DNA of 27,356 nucleotides, taken from a virus. Taxonomy: Duplodnaviria > Caudoviricetes. Both the position numbers and the translations under genes were made by a program. The stretch covers positions 1-27,356 of IMG/VR virus record IMGVR_UViG_3300017909_001965; one strand, written 5' to 3'. Below, in pieces: positions 9,657 through 17,907 of this stretch (the stretch's first letter is position 1; the number at the start of each line of letters is the position of its first letter). Below the pieces are notes generated by a model. The model was given only the letters and a program-made list of their open reading frames with translations, was not told the origin of the DNA and did no database searches.

Positions 9657-9773
9657 TTATTCTTCTTCTTCTACGGCTTCCACTTTTTTAAATATCTCTT
9701 CTGACTTTTTAAAAAATTCCTCATCCCTCTGTATATATCCAAATGGACTTAAGTCTTTTCTTGGATTTTTCAT
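9657..9773 (-). CDS. 38-aa hypothetical micro-protein (MKNPRKDLSPFGYIQRDEEFFKKSEEIFKKVEAVEEEE)
   Basis: Hand translation; GGAGGAG RBS. Confidence 0.65.
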   Translation of the reverse strand: MKNPRKDLSPFGYIQRDEEFFKKSEEIFKKVEAVEEEE

Positions 9774-9788
9774 AGTATCTCCTCCGTT

Positions 9789-9826
9789 TGTTTTTTGGGG
9801 GTAGTACGAACCACCCCCATAAAACA
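9789..9826 (-). terminator. Hairpin after the major capsid gene (attenuator, terminator or mRNA stabiliser)
   Basis: GGGGGTGGT-TCGT-ACTACCCCC stem, extendable by TGTTTT/AAAACA. No U-tract follows, so it is not a canonical intrinsic terminator. Confidence 0.55.
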
Positions 9827-9837
9827 TAGCTTAATTA

Positions 9838-11076
9838 CTAAAAGTTTGTAATTGAGCAGAATGCAGTTGGTCTATAAACAGCAAAACCAAGACGCATTGT
9901 AAGTCTAATTGCCAATTGATTCTTCGCAAAGAAGTCTGAATGGCTATCAGAAACAGCTAGGTCAACGCCTTCTCTCATAATAACTTGAGCAGCGTCTCCA
10001 CCGCCAAACTTACCAACTAATGCAGTTCCAGCAGCAATAACTGATGAAGGTACTACATTGAGACCCCATAGCTTAGGAGCTGGGCTGTCACCGAATCCAC
10101 CAGCAACCATGAACAATGGGTTCTTAGCTGCAGCACCAGATGAAGTAGTTGTGATGTCAGCAACGGATGTTACAACATCATACCAATCTGATGGGTGCAT
10201 AACGATTGCATCTGGTTCAACAAATGCATCTTTTCTAATTTCGGTTATAGCTTGATAAATTTGTCCTAATCTTGCTAGCTCTCCAGAGTATGAAGAGTAG
10301 TCAAATGTATTGATACCTGATTTGTTCAATACACCTGTTAAGTTAGGAGCGGAACCGTCACCATTAACCAATTGATTATCCATTCTCAATTTCATCATTG
10401 TTGATAATCTTGAGTTGACATAACCTTGGATACCGGCAACGTCAGCCAATAATTCGTCAGTTACAGGCAAGAAAGTAGCCATCTTTCTGATGGATTCTGT
10501 TCTTTCTGTAAAAGCGAGTGCGGATTCATTAGCTGAACTAATGTCTCCTGCTTCTGCAATTTCACCAGCATTGTTGGTGAAAGTTGTTTCCTCTAAGTAA
10601 ACATAAGCATTTTGGTTTGTTTGAATTTGGTCAAATAATCCAATAACGCTATCAGGATTACGAAGAGCGGTCTCCAAAATTCCAGGAGCTCTTAGGCTCT
10701 CTGGTGGATAACCAGTGGTGTTAAGAGTTGTTTTAAACTCTACACCGGAGTCTACGCCTTTAACGCCATTCTCATTGTATGCATTATAAGCTTTTGTTTC
10801 TGTGAACATTTCACCAATTGTTTTTGGTTTAGCAGCTTCTTCTGCATTAGGAATTGCATTAACAGGTGTAGGGTCAACTTCCATTGCTTTTTCGTTATTA
10901 GCTTTTGCTTCTTCGATTTTTAAATCATCAACAAGTCCAGCAAGTTCTGTGTTTAAGCCTTTGATTTTTTCTTTGGCTTCAGCAGTGTACTTGCCGTCTT
11001 CTTGTGAATCGAAAGCAGCTTTTAGCTCTTCACGAGATTGAGCAATTTGGTCTTTAAGTTCATTAACTTTACTCAT
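9838..11076 (-). CDS. Major capsid protein, HK97 fold
   Basis: 412 aa; coiled-coil delta domain; VTDELLAD, LVNGDGSAPNLTGVLN, PDAIVMHPSDW and FAKNQLAIRLTMRLGFAVYRPTAF motifs. Confidence 0.97.
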   Translation of the reverse strand: MSKVNELKDQIAQSREELKAAFDSQEDGKYTAEAKEKIKGLNTELAGLVDDLKIEEAKANNEKAMEVDPTPVNAIPNAEEAAKPKTIGEMFTETKAYNAYNENGVKGVDSGVEFKTTLNTTGYPPESLRAPGILETALRNPDSVIGLFDQIQTNQNAYVYLEETTFTNNAGEIAEAGDISSANESALAFTERTESIRKMATFLPVTDELLADVAGIQGYVNSRLSTMMKLRMDNQLVNGDGSAPNLTGVLNKSGINTFDYSSYSGELARLGQIYQAITEIRKDAFVEPDAIVMHPSDWYDVVTSVADITTTSSGAAAKNPLFMVAGGFGDSPAPKLWGLNVVPSSVIAAGTALVGKFGGGDAAQVIMREGVDLAVSDSHSDFFAKNQLAIRLTMRLGFAVYRPTAFCSITNF

Positions 11077-11108
11077 TATTAACTTAATCTCCTGTAATGA
11101 TATTTAAT

Positions 11109-12671
11109 TTATTCTTCGATTAAGTCAGCTTCCAAAGACTCAGCAATTAACGCTTGTCCTTCAGCCCAGAGTGCATCAGATTCTTCGTCGATTTCAGTTT
11201 CAGCTTCCCCTTCTACAACTTCTTCTGATTCACCAACAGGTACAGCGTCAGTCTCTGGTTCAACAGATTCCTCTTCTTCCTTTGGCTCCTCTTCTTCAGT
11301 AACTTCAGGTTCTATAACTTCAACTTCTTCAGTAGTTTCTACTACTGCTTCAGCTTCATCAGTTGCTTCCACTTCTTCCACAGATTCTTCTTCAATAGAT
11401 TCTTCTGCTTCTTCGACGGTATCTTCTAGTGCAACATCATTATCAGCTCCGAATTCAGTTATGAATTCGTCAACCTCTGCCCAAGCTTCAGTTAAATCTT
11501 CTTGAACAGAACGTAATGCTTCTGTAGCTTTCATACCTAGTTTCCTCCCGTCCTTAGCACGCAACATCGCAATGGCGTTAGCTCGTGCCATCAAGTCGTT
11601 AAATGCAGCAAGCACATCTTTGACTTGTTGTGAAAAAGAAACTTTTTCTTGAGTCTCTTCTTCAACACTTTCATCTACCTTGTAATATGATTTACCATCA
11701 ACTTCAACAATGTTAATTGTTTTGCCAGTTGAATCAGCTTCAGCTAGTGCTTTTGCAGGGTCTTCATATATATTTTGCAAAGCTTTTTCTGGTTGTGGGT
11801 CTAAGAGATGGTCTCTTATTTCGTTAATGTCTTTAGCTAAGTTCTTAACTTTATCTACCCACCAATCAGGTAACTCTGCATTTTCATCTTTAGGTAAATT
11901 TTTTAAAATATCTTTCATATCTTCTGCAATAGTCCCTAGGGCTTGCATTACAGTATGTTGAGGTGTATGTCCTTTATCACCTTTACCTATTGCATCTTCA
12001 TATTCATCATGAGTCTTGCAAGGCATAAATACATCTTTACCATTCACCTTATGTGTGTGTACACCTACTGCACAAGATAATTCTTTTGACCTGCTCATAG
12101 CTTCACCAGGATTGTCAAATACATCTTTTGGATTAGCTGCTTTTTCTTCAGGTTCTTCTTTAATTTCTTTAACAAAGGCTTCAACTAAATCTTTATTAGA
12201 TTTAATAGCCATTGTATAAGTTTCTTGATTAGCTCCAACTAATACTGGGCTTACTTCAAATACAGTTAAGCTTTTAAGATATCTGGCATCAGTTTGTTCA
12301 TCATTACCAACCTCTTTAAACTTACCGTGTTCAGCATCATTAACTCTATATCCAAATGACCATTGTTGAAGCTCTCCCATGTTTTTAACAAGTTTGTATG
12401 CTTCTTGTCCAGAATCAGTATCCATAAAGAATTCACCAACAAACGTTGCTTTATCTCCATCTTCTTTGATATAACCTTTGCCTATTGGCATATCCCATTT
12501 GTGAGCCCAAACCATAGGAACCATTCCTGAATCCCATTTTGATTTGATTGCACCTGGAACGACTACATCGCCGTCTGAATCTAAGTTATTGAATACAGAA
12601 AAAACTGCTGATACTTTACCTTCCGCTTCATCATCAAGCTGAAAGTCTATACTTTTGATTTCTTCTTGCAT
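11109..12671 (-). CDS. Prohead protease (HK97/S78 family) with long C-terminal extension
   Basis: N-terminal ~155 aa contain SVFNNLDSDGDVVVPGA, MVWAH...PIG, QWSFGY and FEVSPVLVGAN; about 360 extra residues follow. Confidence 0.93.
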   Translation of the reverse strand: MQEEIKSIDFQLDDEAEGKVSAVFSVFNNLDSDGDVVVPGAIKSKWDSGMVPMVWAHKWDMPIGKGYIKEDGDKATFVGEFFMDTDSGQEAYKLVKNMGELQQWSFGYRVNDAEHGKFKEVGNDEQTDARYLKSLTVFEVSPVLVGANQETYTMAIKSNKDLVEAFVKEIKEEPEEKAANPKDVFDNPGEAMSRSKELSCAVGVHTHKVNGKDVFMPCKTHDEYEDAIGKGDKGHTPQHTVMQALGTIAEDMKDILKNLPKDENAELPDWWVDKVKNLAKDINEIRDHLLDPQPEKALQNIYEDPAKALAEADSTGKTINIVEVDGKSYYKVDESVEEETQEKVSFSQQVKDVLAAFNDLMARANAIAMLRAKDGRKLGMKATEALRSVQEDLTEAWAEVDEFITEFGADNDVALEDTVEEAEESIEEESVEEVEATDEAEAVVETTEEVEVIEPEVTEEEEPKEEEESVEPETDAVPVGESEEVVEGEAETEIDEESDALWAEGQALIAESLEADLIEE

Positions 12672-12715
12672 GCTAAATAAAACTCCTATAGTAGTTACAG
12701 TTTTATATATTTATA

Positions 12716-15334
12716 TTAAACAGATGCGTTTGAATTTAGTGTCTTTTCTTTTGTAATATCTTTAATTACTGTTAGTTTTGAAATAGGTTGAGTTACTCGT
12801 CTATCTGTTTTCTTATGTTTTCCATTTTCTAAAATAGCCCATACTTGCATTGTTGCATCTTTACCATCAACAGAAACTACAACTCCATGAACGGTCGAAG
12901 GTGGGTCCGGGTCCTTATTGATTGACCAACTGACAGATTGCCCAACTCTAACACTAGCTGCTTTCTCCCCATCTTTTTTAGATGAGAGTGGATGAGAAGA
13001 AGGAAGCAAGTCTTGGTCATAAGGCTTTCTCTTAAATCTACCAGTTCTCAATGCGTGAAGGAACCCGTTAACTCTGGCCACTCCCCACTGGTCAGCTCCT
13101 GTAACATTACCTCGAACTGAACCAGGGTTTGTACGATAAGCACCTACACCTCTACGGAACACAGCAATTAAAGTTCTTAAGTTAGCCCTATGCTTAGGAT
13201 TTTTTGCGTTATGTTCCTTTACCTTGTTAGTTAATATCTTTCTGACATTAGCAGAAACCTTTTGTGAAAATACTTCATCTAGTATTTCACCTTGTAATTC
13301 TATACTTTTCTTTCTTCTTTCACGAACAAGTTTTTTTCTTTCGTTTATAATTTTTTTCATAGCAGGAACACCAATGTTTGAAACTCCACCCCATTTAATA
13401 TTTGCAATAGTTCCATTCAGTCTTGTGTTACCTTGATGTCTTCCCATGTAACGTTCTCTTCTTCTAACCCAATTAAGAACAGATTCGCTTCTATCACCTG
13501 CTTTATATTTAGCCCAGTTTCTATAAGCATCATTACCAGTAAATGATGTAGGAGGATTACCACCATTACCAGCTAATCTCCATATCTCTGGCCAATTTTC
13601 TTTTAAATCTTTAGCATAAGCAAAGGGAAACTCTCTATATTTAGAATTACTAATGGAAACTTTTTTGTCTTCACCAGGACTTGGGAAGTTTGTTCTATCC
13701 TTTTTTGGCTTTTCTTTCTTCTCACTACGCCATGAATCAGAATCAATCTCTTCCAATGCTTCAGCTTCTTCTGTAGATACTTTAATTTCTTCTACCTCAG
13801 CTTCTTTTTTCATGTTACTTAGAAAATCTTCAGCTTCTCTTCTAGTCTTAAAACATTTAACAACTTCTTGATTGTCATGTTTGATTACACAGAATGAACC
13901 ATTAGGCATTTGTGCTATATACTTTTCTTCTTCTATTCTTTGAGGTGACTCAACAACCATATTCCTTGTTGTTTCTGGTATTGCTTCTACAGTTCCTAAC
14001 AAAGCTTTACCTTCTTCATCAGGTGAGAATCTATCTCTTTCAAGTAACGGTTGACCATCTTCAGTTATTTGAACTGTGTTTAATGGTCTTAAGTATATAT
14101 TGTGTCTTTCGTCAGCATCCAGACCTACTACTTTTCTAGCTTCACCTATTGTTATCCAACCACCTTGCACACCTGTATTGACTCTTTTGTATAACTCATC
14201 CATATCTTCAGCAAGCGCTCTAACTTTGGTATAGTCAAATTCGCATGTTGCATTATCTTGACTAAAGTCTGGTTCAAGTAATTGATGTGTTAATTCAGAA
14301 GCAACCATTTTCCATAGAGGTATTAGTTTTTGTTCTGTAAAAAATTCTCTTAATTCTCTTGTATTGTTATAAGTTGCAGAATCTAAACCTGCACCAAGTC
14401 CAGCTAATATTGCAGGAACGCCAAGCACTGCAGATATTCTTTCTTCAGGTAATCTTCTTAATTCTTGAAGTTTCATTTGGTCAGGTGAAAATGAAACTAT
14501 ATCAACATTCATTGAACCAGATAAAACCATAGGAGCACCTCTGTTATTACCACCAAACTTTTGTTTGTATGATTCAGAAATAGCTTCTGCTTCTTCTCTA
14601 GTAGGACCACCAAGAGAATCGTTTCTTGGAGATAAAACAACTCCAGGTACAGCCATATTGTGTAATAGAGCAGCTGACCATTGTCCTGCAGCTTCGTCTC
14701 CTAGTATTTCTCTTAATACTCCTTTTAATGGAGCATGACCTCTTCTGTGGTCATTAGGGTCTATTCCTTGTCGGATATGTACTACATCGCCTACTGGAAT
14801 CTTTAAGTTTTCTCCACCTTTACCGTGTTGATAATATTCATAATGTGTTATTAGTTCTTCAGAGTTACCTCTTACTTCAACAAGGTTTGGCATTATGGGA
14901 ACTAATTGAACTACTTGACCTTGTGCGTTTCTGTTCTTATAAAGAAAAGCATCACCAATGGTATTTATTGCCAAAACAATATAGTGAGATAATAAACCTG
15001 CAGACATAAATGGATTAGGTCTTTTGTATAAATTTTCTACTGGGTGGTTATTCAAAATCTCTTTATTACCAAAGCTGTCCATTTTACAGATTTGTAACAA
15101 TGGTTCTGAAAAAGCAGTAGATAAAACATTTAAGCAAGCGATGACTGCGGAGTTAGCAGAACCATCACCAATCTCTCTTAATTTGTCTGTCTCCCAAAAT
15201 CCAGCGGATGTGTTATATCCATATACAGATAAATCTGCACCATAGGTTTGGTTATAGGTAGCTGTAGCCTTACTTTCAAACTCCCTACCTCTTAGAGCAT
15301 CGAAAGCTTTTTGAAATCTATTTCGTTCTGCCAT
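12716..15334 (-). CDS. Portal protein (HK97 family) with ~430-aa multi-domain C-terminal extension
   Basis: AVIACLNVLS, RPNPFMS, GDAFLY, VVHIR...GHAPL, ERISAVLGVP...ATYNN and GWITIGEARKVVGL motifs in the first ~430 aa. Confidence 0.95.
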   Translation of the reverse strand: MAERNRFQKAFDALRGREFESKATATYNQTYGADLSVYGYNTSAGFWETDKLREIGDGSANSAVIACLNVLSTAFSEPLLQICKMDSFGNKEILNNHPVENLYKRPNPFMSAGLLSHYIVLAINTIGDAFLYKNRNAQGQVVQLVPIMPNLVEVRGNSEELITHYEYYQHGKGGENLKIPVGDVVHIRQGIDPNDHRRGHAPLKGVLREILGDEAAGQWSAALLHNMAVPGVVLSPRNDSLGGPTREEAEAISESYKQKFGGNNRGAPMVLSGSMNVDIVSFSPDQMKLQELRRLPEERISAVLGVPAILAGLGAGLDSATYNNTRELREFFTEQKLIPLWKMVASELTHQLLEPDFSQDNATCEFDYTKVRALAEDMDELYKRVNTGVQGGWITIGEARKVVGLDADERHNIYLRPLNTVQITEDGQPLLERDRFSPDEEGKALLGTVEAIPETTRNMVVESPQRIEEEKYIAQMPNGSFCVIKHDNQEVVKCFKTRREAEDFLSNMKKEAEVEEIKVSTEEAEALEEIDSDSWRSEKKEKPKKDRTNFPSPGEDKKVSISNSKYREFPFAYAKDLKENWPEIWRLAGNGGNPPTSFTGNDAYRNWAKYKAGDRSESVLNWVRRRERYMGRHQGNTRLNGTIANIKWGGVSNIGVPAMKKIINERKKLVRERRKKSIELQGEILDEVFSQKVSANVRKILTNKVKEHNAKNPKHRANLRTLIAVFRRGVGAYRTNPGSVRGNVTGADQWGVARVNGFLHALRTGRFKRKPYDQDLLPSSHPLSSKKDGEKAASVRVGQSVSWSINKDPDPPSTVHGVVVSVDGKDATMQVWAILENGKHKKTDRRVTQPISKLTVIKDITKEKTLNSNASV

Positions 15335-15337
15335 TAA

Positions 15338-16552
15338 TTAATATGCTTCCCAGACGCGTCTCTTCTGCATCTCTTGAGCTCCAATAGCTAATGCGTCTAC
15401 CATGTCATCATGCGAACCCAGTGGAAATGCAAGGAGCTCACGCTCTAGGTCCGGTAGCCATGGTGCTTCCGCTTTTAAAAGTACATCTCCGCTTTCCATC
15501 CTAGCTGATAATGGCAAAGCTTTGGTTATTTTATCTTTATCTGCTTTCATTTCTTGTACACGATAACCCTCTCTTGAAAGCATTTGAGAAACAGTTTTAG
15601 AAAGACCAACATTTTCAATACAAACATGTGTCCAATTATATTTCTGATACATAGATTGTATTTCAGGAAATACATCAGGTCCTTCAACCTTGACTCTTTT
15701 TACGTCATTAACAAACAATGTTCCATCAGAATGTTTTGCAAAATCAACTATTGCTGTGTAGTCAGAACTAGTTGCTGTAGTAACAGCTATATCAGCTGCA
15801 CCAAAGTGTGTAAGTTCTAAGGGGTCCCAAGTGCCACCGCCTCCAGACCATAAACCATTTTCTGTTTTTTCATAATAAGATAACCAATGTGGTTTAAATA
15901 AAGATTGTCCATCTTCAATAAACTCTGCAAGATACTCTTGTGTATAAATTACAGAGCCTACTTCTTTCTTTGCTACTTCAACTTCTTCAGGGTCAATAGC
16001 TGGATTATCAACTGTTGCAAATCTAAATGTTTGCCAGTTGTCATCGTCTTCTGCCATCTTCCATAAATCATAAAACCAATTGTTCATTCCCATAGGTGTA
16101 GAGATAAATAAAGCTCCACCTTTTCTTTCAGTAAGTGTTGGTCTTAAAACTTCTCTCCACACTTCTGGTTTAACAAATGCTGCTTCATCCATAACTAGAA
16201 AGTCAAGACCTTCACCTCTTAGTCTTTGAGGATTATCTGCTGACTTAGCTGCTATGAAACCACCATTCTCAAAATGTACTTCCATATTTGCTATGGATAC
16301 TTTTGGTCTTATTTCTTGCGGAAACGACATAGCCGCTGCTTCAATAGCACGCCAGCCAACACGAGCAATAGAAAAAGTAGGAGCAACCCACCACGCTCTT
16401 TTACCTTCGAGAGCTGCTTGAATACAAAGTTGTACACCGAGTCTAGTCTTTCCAAATCTTCTTCCTGCACAAAGTACTTTCCATCTAGCTTCCGAATGTG
16501 CGACTTCTTCCTGTGCTGGATGTAGCAAGGGAAGTTTGGCAGAATATTTCAT
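15338..16552 (-). CDS. terL: Terminase large subunit
   Basis: Walker A AGRRFGKT, Walker B FLVMDEAA, ISTP motif, QEYLAEF, and nuclease motif HDDMVDA. Confidence 0.97.
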   Translation of the reverse strand: MKYSAKLPLLHPAQEEVAHSEARWKVLCAGRRFGKTRLGVQLCIQAALEGKRAWWVAPTFSIARVGWRAIEAAAMSFPQEIRPKVSIANMEVHFENGGFIAAKSADNPQRLRGEGLDFLVMDEAAFVKPEVWREVLRPTLTERKGGALFISTPMGMNNWFYDLWKMAEDDDNWQTFRFATVDNPAIDPEEVEVAKKEVGSVIYTQEYLAEFIEDGQSLFKPHWLSYYEKTENGLWSGGGGTWDPLELTHFGAADIAVTTATSSDYTAIVDFAKHSDGTLFVNDVKRVKVEGPDVFPEIQSMYQKYNWTHVCIENVGLSKTVSQMLSREGYRVQEMKADKDKITKALPLSARMESGDVLLKAEAPWLPDLERELLAFPLGSHDDMVDALAIGAQEMQKRRVWEAY

Positions 16553-17043
16553 TCCCCTTCGTATTCATCCCAAGTTTCTAGTAAAGCAAATACTGTTTCT
16601 TCTAGCTTGTCTAATTCCATTACGACCATACCATCTGAAGTTCCATCAGGCATAGCTACAAAAATAAAAGGTTTATTATTTCCAATGGCAGAATTGTTTT
16701 CATCAGATTGTTGTTTAGCTGCTTTGAACTTTGTCCATAATGATTGAACTTGTTTACCAGCTTTTACTTCTACACGAACATGACCTAACCAACTCTCTTC
16801 ATGTCCCATCATTGAACGAAATTTAGTATTAGGTATTTTTAATTTTTTTCTAGCAAGGTTTTGTTTTCTTCTACCTTTGTTTCTATTACGACGAGCTCTC
16901 TGTGCTGCTTCACTTTTAGCTGGGTCATCGGGGTTGTATCTTTTCTGTCCCATAGCTACATGAAATCCTGGACCTTTCTCTCTAAGTTTTCTTGATTTGT
17001 ATTCAGAATATGTTTCATCATCTCTCATGTCAAAGCCTGACAT
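16549..17043 (-). CDS. PD-(D/E)XK nuclease, Holliday-junction-resolvase-like
   Basis: Basic helix RNRNKGRRKQ followed by VRVEVKAGK (ExK) and a KPFIFV strand. Confidence 0.55.
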   Translation of the reverse strand: MSGFDMRDDETYSEYKSRKLREKGPGFHVAMGQKRYNPDDPAKSEAAQRARRNRNKGRRKQNLARKKLKIPNTKFRSMMGHEESWLGHVRVEVKAGKQVQSLWTKFKAAKQQSDENNSAIGNNKPFIFVAMPDGTSDGMVVMELDKLEETVFALLETWDEYEGE

Positions 17044-17044
17044 A

Positions 17045-17290
17045 TTACCACCTGTACTTTCTTTTCTTTGCCTCCGTATACTTCTTGTAAGAAGTAGCTG
17101 TTAAATCACTGGGGTCTTTTTCCCATTCTACATCAACAGGAGTTTCAAACATTACGTTTCGAGATATTTGTCTTTGCATTACAGAACTGCACTTAGGGCA
17201 GTTAATCTGTGGGTCTTCTGATATCTTATGATTTATTTCAGTTTCTAACTCACATGCACTACTCAAACATTTGTAATCGTATCTTGGCAT
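17045..17290 (-). CDS. FmdB-family zinc-ribbon protein
   Basis: MPRYDYKCxxxxC...H.......CPKC...MQRQIS signature. Confidence 0.88.
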   Translation of the reverse strand: MPRYDYKCLSSACELETEINHKISEDPQINCPKCSSVMQRQISRNVMFETPVDVEWEKDPSDLTATSYKKYTEAKKRKYRW

Positions 17291-17296
17291 GTTGTA

Positions 17297-17302
17297 AGTA
17301 TA
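17297..17302 (-). promoter_or_regulatory. Putative -10 box, leaderless FmdB-family transcript
   Basis: TATACT-tacaac-ATG with no SD. Confidence 0.6.
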
Positions 17303-17311
17303 GTAGTTATT

Positions 17312-17377
17312 TTGAATACGGCTATCCTATGGACAGCCGATGATGGGAGGAGGTCGGTGTGGATGCCGACAATTCAA
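17312..17377. ncRNA. Candidate structured RNA (three-way junction); strand unresolved
   Basis: GC-rich intergenic island with closing stem TTGAAT/ATTCAA, hairpin 17319-17339, GGGAGGAG linker and hairpin 17353-17370. Confidence 0.5.
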
Positions 17378-17379
17378 TA

Positions 17380-17592
17380 TTAGCTGTTCTTAACTTTCTT
17401 AGTGGTATTTGCCACCATGTCTGAATAAAAAATATTTAAATAATTTTGTATGTAATAAGTTACATCTTGACCGATAGGTGCAATAAATTTTTCTACCATT
17501 TGATTTTCTTTTATCATGGATACTAAATATTCTTTTTCATTTAGAACTTTTATTTTGAATCTGCATCCTGCGTATATAAAATCTTGAATCAT
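17380..17592 (-). CDS. Hypothetical protein
   Basis: 70-aa ORF downstream of the extended -10 TGgTATATT (17602-17610). Confidence 0.65.
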   Translation of the reverse strand: MIQDFIYAGCRFKIKVLNEKEYLVSMIKENQMVEKFIAPIGQDVTYYIQNYLNIFYSDMVANTTKKVKNS

Positions 17593-17601
17593 GGTTCTTT
17601 A

Positions 17602-17640
17602 AATATACCACAGGGGTTTGGTATTTAATTATGGTAAGAT
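17602..17640. promoter_or_regulatory. Divergent pair of extended -10 promoters
   Basis: Minus strand TGgTATATT (17610-17602); plus strand TGgTAAGAT (17632-17640) followed by 6 nt and ATG. Confidence 0.55.
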
Positions 17641-17646
17641 ATCCAG

Positions 17647-17820
17647 ATGAAAGATAAATTTTTAGAATGGGAAGACAGAATATTTACTGCACCCTACAAG
17701 TGGTTAATAACAAAAGGTTACATAGCTGCCAAGAAAATATATTTATCTATGGAAGATTTATATGGCAGAACTATCCATGAAGAATACAGAGGTAATCCAA
17801 ACTTTCCAGGTGATGATTAA
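17647..17820 (+). CDS. 57-aa hypothetical protein, leaderless, opposite strand to its neighbours
   Basis: Hand translation MKDKFLEWEDRIFTAPYKWLITKGYIAAKKIYLSMEDLYGRTIHEEYRGNPNFPGDD; has its own promoter and a downstream hairpin. Confidence 0.7.
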   Translation: MKDKFLEWEDRIFTAPYKWLITKGYIAAKKIYLSMEDLYGRTIHEEYRGNPNFPGDD

Positions 17821-17857
17821 AAAGAATACCCGCCTCACAGGACGGGTTTAATTCTTT
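17821..17857. terminator. Likely bidirectional intrinsic terminator between convergent genes
   Basis: Minus strand ACCCGTC-CTGTGA-GGCGGGT then ATTCTTTTT; on the plus strand the stem is followed by TTAATTCTTT. Confidence 0.65.
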
Positions 17858-17907
17858 AGATTCTTACTATGGTCTACCATAGAGATTACTTCCTAATCCT
17901 AGTATCT

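Noticed and set aside
12708-12715. TATAAATA as a T4-type late promoter before the protease
   Set aside because: Single occurrence in very AT-rich DNA, with no gp55-like sigma factor in the window.
17335-17370. Hammerhead ribozyme or 6C RNA identity for the structured element
   Set aside because: CCGATGA is not CUGANGA, there is no GAAA core, and the loops lack six-C runs.
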